DNA of 63,624 bases, counting the filler. It is 17 parts of 17 records of this genome, joined end to end, with 100 filler letters (N's around TTAATTAATTAA, not from the genome) between each part and the next. Parts side by side here need not be neighbours in the genome. Positions count along the whole stretch, not along the records: positions 37,573 to 41,717 come from SRR9670534_586; positions 41,818 to 46,563 come from SRR9670534_589; positions 46,664 to 48,683 come from SRR9670534_592; positions 48,784 to 51,109 come from SRR9670534_593; positions 51,210 to 53,883 come from SRR9670534_595; positions 53,984 to 56,406 come from SRR9670534_597; 11 more parts are not named here. One strand, 5' to 3'. Every line of letters starts with the position of its first letter. Position 1 is the first letter of the stretch. A model generated the notes under the pieces. The model was not told the origin of the DNA, did no database searches, and saw only the letters and a list, made by a program, of their open reading frames with translations. This document shows positions 41,076 through 54,227 of this stretch, piece after piece. The position numbers and the translations under genes were made by a program.

Positions 41076-41475
41076 AATGTAGATCACGTTATTACTAATT
41101 ACTAATGGCACATCGTATATCATTGTTTATTATGTAGGCCTACTATTACTATTATACTAATTAATAAATATTTAATTTTTAATAATAGCATTTTATTATT
41201 ATAAACAATATTTAAAATTTTATCAGAATTATTTTATGCTTATATGATCAATGATTATTGATCATATTCGAAACTACGTCACTTGTGTTTATTTATAATG
41301 TAGATCACCTTATTATTAATTACATCGTATATTATTTATTATGTGGACCTACTATTACTATTATATTAATTATTAATAAATATTTCATTCTTAATAATAG
41401 CATTTTATTATAAACAATATTTTTATTAGAATTATTTTATGCTCATATGATCAATGATGATTGATCATATTCGAA
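41076..41475. repeat. ~200-bp diverged direct duplication, each copy ending in an atatgatcaat-N4-attgatcatat hairpin
   Basis: taatgtagatcac...tcatattcgaa occurs at ~41076-41272 and ~41296-41474. Confidence 0.75.
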
Positions 41476-42530
41476 TACCTACATATTATTGTCCTTGTAG
41501 TGCCATCTACTACAGTGTTCAAGAGCGTTCAATAGTGAATATGGAATATTATATATAATAATAAACTATCGTGAAAGACGAAGTTATGCTTAAGGCCATA
41601 TTCTTTATGAAATAACCAGTAATTAGTGGGTCCTTGACTCATATGATATGTTTGCTTACTTCCTATTGTTTATACAGATATACAATATTATTAATAACAT
41701 TATTATTATTATTAATANNNNNNNNNNNNNNNNNNNNNNNNNNNNNNNNNNNNNNNNNNNNTTAATTAATTAANNNNNNNNNNNNNNNNNNNNNNNNNNN
41801 NNNNNNNNNNNNNNNNNGCAAGAATAAAGACATAACATAACATAACAATTATCATTTACATAAAATTATTTTCTTTTTTAATTGTATAGAAGTGATAATG
41901 TAGCATTGTTTAACAATGATTGTTATGATGATATGTTTTCTAGCATTTGGTTAAATATAAATTTAATTGGCCCTTATGAATGGAAGTGTCATGCAGTTTC
42001 ATGGACTAACTTGAAAAACTAAAAATAAGTTAGGAACAAGTAGTCATGCTAAAAAAATTTTCAAATAGCAGTAAGCTTAATTAAATAGTATTCAATAAAT
42101 AATGTCTTGGTATCAACATTGGTATCTTTATTATTAGCAATATATATATTCAAGTTAATTAGCAAATTTTATTAGGAAGCATAAAATATGTCCATTAATA
42201 ATAAACCAAACAAATTATTGTACAGCTGTACTCATGTCACAGTAATATATTATAACAAGCATACAGGACATACATTAGAAGAAAATAGTTGCATTACATT
42301 TCATTATAATAATATTGTATATGTACTATAGTACTATAGTACATATATGCTCACAAATCAAATGACCATAATAAATAATCTCAGTTTCTCCTATTAAGTT
42401 GATTAATTGATATCAATTAATATTTATATTTTGTATTAGCAATAATCATTATTATGATAATAATTATAGCATCTTTATCTTAGTATATACTAATATTATT
42501 ATTAATTTATTAACAATCATTTATAGTAAT

Positions 42531-44144
42531 TCAGCACCAACCATAAGTCCATGCTCCACCATAATCATCCAAGTCCACATCAACAGATTCTGGATATCCA
42601 CCGGAATCGCTGTCATTGATCAATTCGATTGCATATTTTAAAAGGTTTACAACCAGAGCTGTTTCTTCGCTGGCAATATTTTTAACCTCATAAGGATCGG
42701 TTGCCAAATCAAATAACATTAAATTGTATTCAGTTGAAGCTTCTTCAGGAGGCATATAGCCCAGCGTCTGGTAATGTAAGCCCACTATTGACAAGTAACA
42801 ATCATCATCAAGCAGCGGCGAAAAGTCGATCATTGAAGGCTTGGACCAACCTAATGGGTCAATGTTGAACATCAGCTTATACCTGCCAACTCTGATGGCA
42901 AATTGTTGGTAATCAACATAAATATTGTAAACGAATTCATCTCTTAGACTTGAACCGCCAATTGGCATACTAGGATCGGTAAACATTTCCCAGTATCCAC
43001 AATAACCGTCATGAGAGTGAACGTCATTCACACCAATTGCTTCCAATACCATACACCTCAAATCTTCGACACTCATCATATTTTGGTAATTTGTACCCTT
43101 CAGTTCTTCTTTCAATCTTGAGGTCCAAATTAAGGCAGGTACTTTGGTTCCACCTTCGAAATAACTGTTTTTACCGCCTCTGTATGGGTAATTCACTGCA
43201 CCGGAACCAGGAGATCCACCATTAGCACTTAAAAAGAAGATCACTGTATTATCCATTAACTCAAGCGATTTCAGTGTTTCAACGATGTTTCCTACAACAA
43301 TATCCATGTTAAGAACCATTCCCAAGTAAATTGCCCTTGGTTCGATAGATTCATAATTAAACATTCTCATAAATTGTCTGCCAACTTGGAGAGGAGCTTG
43401 AGGAGCCTGGAAACTCAACAGCAAGAAGAAAGGATCATTTCCATAGTCTTTCAACAGTTGAACTGTAAAATCTTGAAATACCTTCAGATTATAGGTTCCA
43501 TTATACATCCAAGCCGGTTCAGTGTCATGGTGCATATCATAACCATAACTCTTTTCATTGGTGTCGGAGTCAAGAAGGCAATCACAATGGGTATATTTAT
43601 CAGAATCTGCCGTAAAAGTACCCAGGAAAGTATCAAACCCTCTTTCCGTTGGCAGATAACTAATGTTACAATAACCCAGATGCCATTTTCCAACCATGGC
43701 AGTGTGGTAATCAGGATTAAATTTCTTAATTTCTTGTGGAATTATTGTAAACTCCAAAGGCAGACCATACGGTTGTTGAGTATGTATCCCACCAGGTGAA
43801 GTTCCACAATGGTTGGGGTAATAACCAGTTAGCAAACTTGCCCTGGAAGATGTCCCAATGTGATGTGTGTAAAAATTGTCAAAAGTCATTCCAGTTTTGG
43901 ATAATTTTAACAAATTAGGTCCATAAACATCATCAGTTTTCCATGGAACATCAGAATATCCTAAAATTACGATGCAGTTCAAGTTTTTAAAAAGTTATTA
44001 CATATTAATTTTACCTAAATCGTCAGCCATTAGGATTATAAAATTCATATTATTTCCCGGCAATCCCTCAGTAGTTACACCACATTTGCACGAATGAACC
44101 AGTAAACTAATTACCACAACTGAAAATATTCCAAAGTCGATCAT
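42531..44144 (-). CDS. Arylsulfatase B/I/J-family homolog lacking the formylglycine motif (probable pseudoenzyme), 519 aa, 2 exons
   Basis: Exon 44015-44144 (signal peptide, NFIILMADDLG), 54-nt intron, exon 42531-43960. VGKWHLG, PTERGFDTF and YRGGKNSYFEGG are present, but CxPSR reads GTSSR. Confidence 0.88.
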
Positions 44145-45390
44145 CCTTAGCTGTCAAAAACTAGCAGATTAACAAACCGTGTATGCATTGTGTTCCATGA
44201 ATATAGAAAACCACCATATAAACTACCATCTCAATGAGCAGGAAACCATAGAAAACCACTAGTTTCAAAGCAATGCATAACAATGCAAGTAGCAACGGCA
44301 TCACATGATGACTGCATGTTGAGCATTGTTCCATTGTAACAATTCTATATATCTACATTGCATTGTTACTATTACAGCTAGATCAAATCACCATATTACC
44401 AGTGAATTATGTACTCATTCGCGAAAGAGTGATAAATTACCAATGGCAATCATTTACGGTAATTGATTTCCAATCGATTTTATTCATCTCAATGATAAAA
44501 CAGCGTGAAACAATAATTTCAAATAAGTGAACGAAATGAACAAAAGAAGCGTTTTTTAACGAAATTGACGGTTTTTGTACTTTTCGTTCACCGAATAACA
44601 ATAGTAGAAGCAATTTTCAATAGTAATCACAAATTGTGATTCACAACACGTACTTAATAATAACATGGTAATAATTAATAACTACAATTATTAGTCACCT
44701 TGGAAACTACTGCATTTCAGAACATGAAAACAAGAACGAAAAGCCAATGAGAACACGCAATTCTATCGAAAATTTAAAATTATGATTGTTCCACAAAAAA
44801 ACCGCTAATTGGATTATTCAATTTTTTTCAGAAAATATTTATCATAGCAATTTTAAAATACAAGAACGGCAATTTATAAAAGGGCATTAGCAGTCTTTTG
44901 AGAAACGATACATATGTCATATGAATCATATGATATGATATTTAAATAATAAATACATAACAATATTATATGAGTCTAAATATCAAAATTGGGCAGAATA
45001 AAATTCATTACTACATGATAGATAGTACTTATGTTAATTTGTAAATGTAAATTTAGTATGACATGATGGTATCTAAGCTTTGATAACATAATTTGATGAA
45101 AATATGCGTCTGTATAGTAAAAAGATTCAAAAAGTAGCATTATTATCGACCGAATGCGACTTGGAAATTATTACATGTTATAATTATATTAAAAAAGAAA
45201 GCAACTTTTCTGCATACAAAATAAGTACACAGTAGATACATGCAAGAAGGAGGATACATGCTACACATTCGTAATACAGTATCCAAGCAATAGTAAATGT
45301 CCGATGTAAAGGTACAGTACATATCGCTATGCAAAGTATTCAATAGTACGTAGAAACAAATTCACATTATCTGTAGTAGCAGCAGATTAG

Positions 45391-46335
<945 letters not shown>

Positions 46336-46536
46336 CTGAAATACAACTAGGTTATGACAATATATTATTATGCATACGAAATTACAAATGCGTACTACGC
46401 ACTACGCAGTCTGCGTAGCTTGTTATCGTGATACCTACCTGTAACTTGGGTAAAATATTCTTATGTGCATTATCCTTTTTGTGTGCATTGCATTCTCGTA
46501 GACTATAGCAGTGTAACTACTATTGTCCGTATTATA

Positions 46537-46563
46537 ATACATACATACATACATACATACATA
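46537..46563. repeat. (ACAT)n microsatellite at contig end
   Basis: atacatacatacatacatacatacata. Confidence 0.9.
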
Positions 46564-47080
46564 NNNNNNNNNNNNNNNNNNNNNNNNNNNNNNNNNNNNN
46601 NNNNNNNTTAATTAATTAANNNNNNNNNNNNNNNNNNNNNNNNNNNNNNNNNNNNNNNNNNNNAAAACGCCTTATTATGCTACCGTTTGCACAGAAAAGT
46701 AGTCTAATTTTAGATTTACTATTCTTCAAAGTTGCAATCTTTATTTTAATCAAGTGCGCTAAATTGATAATAATGATTATTATTAATATTAAAATTTCAT
46801 TTTCCTATATTTAATACAACAAAAATATCATCATCATCATGAAGTGCTATAATAATATTGTATATTATAGTAATACTATGATAATATACTTCGCATACTT
46901 CTACTGATCATAACTTTTCACATAATCGATATTAATAATAATAATATACAATAACAAGGCAAGAAATTATTTTTATCATTATTGATATTAATTTTTCTCT
47001 TTGTGCTAATAAACAATAAATTGTTATTATTAAAGAGGTGCCAACTTTTCAAAATGGGAAGCACCCTTTCATTTCCTCTA

Positions 47081-48243
47081 CTAATGGGAAGATTCTCTTT
47101 CGGTTAAAGAATTCAAAATTGATGCATCATAATCAGCAGGAGCAGGTGCTTTCGTTCCACTCATCTTCTTTTCCTTCTTTTCTTCTAGCAAATTTTTGTA
47201 AAATGAAGAACGAAGGAACCTGGGATAGGAATCCTTTTCCATTAAAGCCTCAATTCTCCTTTGAGCTTGGTCAAAGGTATGCTTGGTTGGATTGGCTAAG
47301 CTCGCTGTCGTGTGCATCCTTGTGGAGGAATCCAGGTTTACCTAAAATCATAGACATAATAAGGAGGTAGACATGCAATCCATAGACATAATAAGGAGGT
47401 AGACAAGACCTCCTTATTATGTCTATGCCTAAAATATAGGCGACATCTGTTACTTAGAAATTAGTATCGACCTATAACTTAGACAAATTAGTCTTCCCAT
47501 ACTAAGATTATTAAACAAATGAAAAAGTTATTAAACATTCAGACGCAAAAAGATGTCGCGATTAGTGATGTAGCAGATGCTTGCCGCCACAAAAATTTAG
47601 GTTAGTCAAGTAAAAGAAATGGTTCAACATATATGTTGTTATAACAACGTAAATTTCGCCTTACCACTTACTTTGCAATTTGCCCGCGCCATCTAAACTT
47701 TTCCCACGCTACGTAACATTTGTAAACAAATTCAATTAGTATTAAACAAAGCGACATCTGCTATATGTAAGTTGTGAGGACTTCTTGATATAATGAAGTC
47801 AAATTTTAATTTCATCTTCAATAAAACTATAAATCTCAAAAATTTCCACCACACTAGATGGCGCCATAACTTTCAGCCAAATGAAATTCATTTCATAAGA
47901 AATTATGCAGAAAAATTACGTTATTCATAAACCAAACGTTATTCATACGCCAAACTGCCTAATTTCACCCAAGACATTTGATATTAATAAGTTTTAATTT
48001 TCGTTGGAAAGAACTCCCCCGCTACTCATCTACCTCAGAGGCGGCAAGGTTATGAACTAATTATAAATATCTTAATTACTTCTCTAGGTGCTTTAACAGC
48101 CACGTATTCCTGATATATCCTTTTAGCCCTGCTCTGCAATTTATGAGGCTTTATCCGTTTATACTCCTCACAAGCCAGCCAAAATTCAATATTTTCGCTG
48201 CTAAATTCCGATTGAAGGAAGGTCCGGAAAAGTGTTAAGCCAT
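47081..48243 (-). CDS. Regulator of G-protein signalling (R4-like RGS domain), last two exons
   Basis: Exon 48080-48243 gives [28 protein letters not shown]...KAPRE; exon 47081-47341 gives VNLDS...[24 protein letters not shown]. Confidence 0.92.
47349..47427. mobile_element. 79-bp MITE with perfect 20-bp TIRs and 8-bp TSD (P-element-like CATAG termini)
   Basis: TSD cctaaaat at 47341-47348 and 47428-47435. TIR CATAGACATAATAAGGAGGT (47349-47368) pairs with ACCTCCTTATTATGTCTATG (47408-47427). The left 25 bp is duplicated internally at 47381-47405. Confidence 0.85.
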
Positions 48244-49115
48244 CTAATAAATATTCATCAAGTAATTAAGGCAAATCAGCATTACTTAATAATAATAATG
48301 TAGGGTATGGATGGATAGCTAATGCGTTAATATTGTACTTCACGGGTGAGTTGCGTGAGAACAGCCATCTTGAGACAAATGTTATGCTTACTTCCATTTC
48401 GCAGAGAAGGTTTATTATTTTTAAATACATATCAGAATATATTTAAAAAATCAATATTTGCACAAGTAAATTATTATTATGATAAGCAGCAGGTGCATAT
48501 GTACACATTCTAATAGTATTATTAACAAAGTAATTATTATTTCTACAAATGTAATGGTGTTATTTTAATAACAATTCAACAAAAGTTATTAAAATTTAAA
48601 GGCTTATTAATATATTATTTAGGTTATTGATAAAAAATTAAAGTTTCATTAAGTATTAATAATCTATAATATAGATTCTATATNNNNNNNNNNNNNNNNN
48701 NNNNNNNNNNNNNNNNNNNNNNNNNNNTTAATTAATTAANNNNNNNNNNNNNNNNNNNNNNNNNNNNNNNNNNNNNNNNNNNNATAAGTGGCTACCTAAG
48801 AATGTACTATTACTGTGTTTGCTATTATAATAAGAAAGGCATTTCTCAGCTTGAGTACCAAATTAGTGAAAGTAAAATACATGTTCAGCCTTGTTTTCTA
48901 CACCCTTAGTAGCCTAACCTTTTCAGTTTTGTGAAAAAGGTTTAATTTTCCTTGGAATTATCTAATTATGCTATATTTTTATTATTATTGTAGTAGTAAC
49001 AAAGAATTATCATTACTATAGTTATTATTATAATGAAGAAGAATTGTTATTATTGTAGTATCAACTCCTTGTTATTGAATATTAGGCCTGCAATGGCGTT
49101 TTAGTAATTACGTTT

Positions 49116-50160
49116 TTATGGACTGCAATAGGAAGGAACGTCAAAAACTCTTGGATCAGGTATATATTCAAGAAAATCAGTAACCATCGAGCCACCGACA
49201 CCGATTGATTCAACTAAACATTAATTAACATGCTATTACAATAGCATATATCTATAGGTATAGAATCTATACTATAGATTGTATATTATATATATTATGT
49301 ATTATATTATATAATAATATTGTATATATCTATGGATACATATATATTAAACTTTTTAGCTACCTGAATGAACTGGAGGTGAGCTCATAAGACCATAAGC
49401 AACTGGTATGCAAGTATCGGATAAGAACAAGGTTGCGTTAGTATTGCTATAGCCAATAATGTTAATAGTCAATTGCCAATTGCCATTCATTAACTCTTAA
49501 AGCACCAGAACTAACATCTTTTGTGCTGATATACTTCGCATCATAATCTAAATTACAATTTTTAAAATATATGTTTGTTTGACATTTATGAAGTTTCACA
49601 AAAGTTAACAAAAAGTAATATCTTATAATAAGAAATTATTCTTGTAATTTACAAAAATGAACCTATAATCTACATTATAAAGTTATCAGTTCTGCAGTAA
49701 ATCTCACCTTTAAGACACAAGCTAGGCATTGGTCCTGGTAAAGGTAATACAGTACAATAGCGATGTTCCGGGGTAAACACATACATCTTGCTGGCCTTAA
49801 AATCATATATTGTGGAGCTGTGGGCCTTTGCTGGTATAGGCAATTTTAAGTCTGCATTTTGATCTAAAAACATTTTACCTAAACCTCTATCAACCACCAA
49901 ACTTGCCAAGTTGAGTATTCCTAGAACAGAATTGGAGAATACAGTTTTACCAATGAAAACAATTATTTATTATTATTAATAAATACCCACAAAGCTGAAA
50001 CTTTACCAGTAACTTGCCCTCCTGCTACCAAATGCATACCAGTGGAAAATATATTGGGAAGACAACAAGGCTGTGGAGCTTTCTCATGAAGAGGTATAGA
50101 ACATACAGTTTGAAAAACTAAAGCAATAACTATTACGACTGCTTTACCATCCATAATCAT
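49116..50160 (-). pseudogene. Ependymin-related protein (EPDR) gene with a frameshifting 7-bp duplication in exon 3
   Basis: Signal peptide, PQPCCLP, IYDFKASKMY...CTVLPL...SLCL, DTCIPV and IPDPRVFDVPSYC*. Exons 50007-50160, 49708-49920, 49364-49547 and 49116-49213. Exon 3 is 184 nt; without the repeat caattgc/caattgc it is 177 nt and in frame. Confidence 0.78.
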
Positions 50161-52545
50161 ATGTGATATTACTGATAGTTATAATAACACATTCTTTTAT
50201 ACTATATAATTATTAGCATAGTATTTGGTTTTATATCAGTATAGTATTATATTATTGCTAAATTAGTAACAGTCATGTGGCATGACTCATGTACATTATC
50301 ATTGACGTCAATGATAAAATTTAATCAATAATCACATATTGACCAACTATATGGTACAATTCGGAATTACTCTTATCATTCTTATAGCATTGTATAACAG
50401 TTATTATTATTATCAATAAATAGTTCTTGTGACTCCTATTCACTACCAAATAATGAGGTCAATAACGCACTGACAATAAATAAGTAATAACTTGCGTGTG
50501 TAAATTGCACAATACTGTTCATAAGACTATAGTTCATTACACAAGGTAGTACAGAGGGTGTTTCTTAGAGAGGGTGTTTCGAAGAAAAAGTAAGTAGCTG
50601 CATGTGTCATTTGATAGTTTTCGACCAAAATAAGCCATGAAAAAAATTAGACGGCCATTAGGGAAAATCTTACCATTCAAAAGGCATCCATTTGGCATCT
50701 GGGGCATTGTGTATGAGTTCGAACATGAGAGTGCCCAGAGCCGGATTATGAAATTTAGGGTCTATAGGCCAAAAAAATTGAAAGGGGCCTTTATACTATA
50801 AAAAGTATTTCAAAAAGGACATGAATTAATAAACAACAATAACAACAACAATTATGCCTTATTAATAATAGACAAATACTTATTAAAGTATACTTAAAGT
50901 ATATATTTGATATGTATATGTTTATAAACATAGTACAATAGTATGTACAATACTATAGTAAAATAGTATGTAGGTATACATTATACATTTAGTATGTACC
51001 TATACATTATATATTTATTAATTAACATTATAATGTTATTAATAATAGATATACTTATTATACTGACATGTGAGTATGTTAATTCGTGAAATGAGCCATT
51101 TCATGAAATNNNNNNNNNNNNNNNNNNNNNNNNNNNNNNNNNNNNNNNNNNNNTTAATTAATTAANNNNNNNNNNNNNNNNNNNNNNNNNNNNNNNNNNN
51201 NNNNNNNNNGTCCATATTCAGGTGTATTTTCAAAAACAATTTATTTTGAGAAACCCTAAATTATGGTGTATTTGTCTATTGGATTTCCATGATAATATTT
51301 CAGCAAAAGGACAAATTGTGTAGAAACGTTTTTTTTTTTGCATTTTGTGGGGTTTTATGACCAAAAGTTGTTCGCTATAATACCTACAGCCTACGTTACC
51401 AATACCATTGTGATGATGATGATCTTTACCACACACAGTTTAAACTTCCGGATTTTCTGTGAAAAGATATCCAAGATCTATTGCAAGGTATTAATTACAT
51501 GATCAAGGAAGTAAATCATGTTGGTGCAAGTGGAAATTAGGAAAGATGGAAATTGCTGTGTAATTGGAGAATACAGGGTCTCAATACTTTGAGCGAAAAT
51601 GATAGTTTCAAAGTCAAAGACAAAATTCAGGGAGTATACCATAATTTAAATTGAAATTGAAAATGACAAAATTTTGAATTATAATGCTAGTAGTAGTTGT
51701 AATGGAGCTCCATCTAGATATTATAAGGTGTAAAGCATATTTACAAAATTCAAAGTATATTCCGGATTTTGTGTATCTTCCAATGACATTTTTTTGAAAT
51801 TTTAAAGTTTTTAATTCTCCTCGTTGATGATATTGTATTTGATTCTTTTTCAATAACTATCAATATTTATGCAAAAATATGTTATCATTCATGATGTACA
51901 ATTCATCAAAAATTAGTTCAAATGTTAATAATAACTACCGTTTACATTTTTGCATAGAATAAAATATTCGTAATCGCTGTCCCTCAAAATCCTTAAAAAA
52001 ATTAATAATAAATGCATATTATGATAATAAAAGTAGTATAATATTGTATTTTATATTAATTAATAAATAATTATTTAATAATATACAATATAATATTGCC
52101 AATATTCGTACGTTAATATATTAATATACAATATTAGTACATTAATAGATTATATTAATATACAATATTATTATATTATATCAATATACAATATTATTAT
52201 ATTATATTAATATACAATACTAGCATTAATTAATAGTAATATTAGTAATACTAATTTAGTATGCAATATTATTGATATTAGTATAGTATATTAATATACA
52301 ATATTAGTACCTTAAAAATTTTCTCAATATTATTCAGAAACATTACATAGATATTATAATATTTACATTTATTAAAGCTAAGATATAAATATTCGCTTTA
52401 ATTTGAGCGACATCTTTTTCGTTAATGATATTCAAGTAAACCTACAACAAGAATAATTTCCAGCTTTTATTCAACAAAAGCAGCTGGCTTACCTGTTTCT
52501 GGCAATTGTTTAATGATCTTATTAATAATATCAGTAATATACTAC

Positions 52546-52702
52546 CTGTAGTACATATTATTAATAATATGGTAATGTGATATGAATACTACTATCTATA
52601 TTATTAAGTGGTCACGTATTAATATATTAATAATAACAGTGACCACTAAGTGATATAAATAGTGGTGGTGATATCACATTATCACATTAAGATGTACTAC
52701 AG
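52546..52702. repeat. Imperfect foldback (nested inverted repeat), MITE-like
   Basis: Nested pairs: ctgtagtacat/atgtactacag, taatgtgatat/atatcacatta, agtggtcac/gtgaccact. Confidence 0.55.
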
Positions 52703-54143
52703 ATGTGCTATATTATTATAATGATAACATTGGATGATTGAAAAAAACTGTTTTTCATAATAATATATCTGAATTCAATGTGGAAACTGGTAGTTACTCT
52801 TATTAATAATCAGAAATATATAGAAATTTATTGAAAACTACTGATTGATTTATTAATAAGTTTTCCTGTTAAAGTTATATTATTGCCTGTCATAATATAA
52901 ACCTTGTTATTAAATAATCGACTGTTAGATTGATTGGTTTCCATATAAAGATCATTTGTGCTTCTATTGTAATAAAAGGTTAGTAGATTCTGTTCAAAAA
53001 TTAATTTTATGAATTAAACTAATAATAATATTTTTAACAATTATAGTACAGATAGATATTGTTATAAATATTGATATAATTATAGATATTGTTATAAAAC
53101 TACATATAACACTTTTTATTATAAAAATATTTTTTATTATTAATAAACTAACAATATGTAAATATGTATATATATATAGATGTAAATATGTATATATAAT
53201 ATAATCGAAATAGGTGTCACATGTATATACATATTCAATAATCATTATATAGGTATATATATTATTTATTAACTAAATGTTGCTAATTGTATAACGATAA
53301 TGTATAGATGAACTGGCAGAATGCAATAAAATATTTTAAAAAATGTTAAAAAGTTTAGCTGTTATTATTAAAATTTCAAAATTAAGTTAATAATTGAAAG
53401 AAAATTATTAATGATAATAAAGGTTACAAAGCAATGTTTTCAATTCACTACTATATATGTTTTTCACGTATCGTTTATATAATACTATGAATATACGCTA
53501 GGCTAAAACGCAAATTGTTGCTACCGTATGATGGTATTGTAAGTTACAATTTGTAACTACTACTGGTAAATTGCATGGCAGACGTGTTCAGACGTAAAGT
53601 ACATATGATAGTGTTTTATAAATGTATATTGTTTTAGTAAAACAGTTTTACCCTTGATCACAAGCTATGATTCATAATAGCTATATACGTTAATATGATA
53701 AGATTTGACGTCAATGATGAACCTTTATTAATAAGGTAATAAAAATTACTACGGTTTCAGTTCAACAATGTGTCATTACTCCAAAAGTACCTGTGTATAT
53801 ACTATAACTAACAAGGCATATTTCCAATAGATAATTATTCATTCATATTGGGCGGGAGCATAATAAATGCTAGATTTTTGTTTNNNNNNNNNNNNNNNNN
53901 NNNNNNNNNNNNNNNNNNNNNNNNNNNTTAATTAATTAANNNNNNNNNNNNNNNNNNNNNNNNNNNNNNNNNNNNNNNNNNNNGGGAATTTTTAGCAGTC
54001 AAGCTTCTGTACCATTGTAATATCCGATTAAAGCCCTTTGTATCAGGAGACCGTCTCAAGTGACCGTCTCAAGGAGATCAAGTGACTTTAGCGCGTGCAT
54101 TGACTGCTGGTGCCTCGATAATAAATGTGAAATGGATAATGTA

Positions 54144-54168
54144 TGACTCATCAGGCAACCATAGCAAC
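54144..54168 (+). promoter_or_regulatory. AP-1 site and RFX X-box-like element ~60 bp upstream of the ninein ATG
   Basis: TGACTCA at 54144-54150; GCAACCATAGCAAC at 54155-54168, one mismatch to the X-box GTNRCC-N-RGYAAC. Confidence 0.4.
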
Positions 54169-54227
54169 GCTTTCCTTCTCAAGATGGTCCCTACCTTAAA
54201 TTTCAAAGGTACAATTATTATTGGTAC

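Noticed and set aside
50550-50790. Transposon-like termini (TACAGAGGGTGTTTC; CAGAGCCGGATTA...GGGGCC)
   Set aside because: No matching inverted end or TSD could be located.
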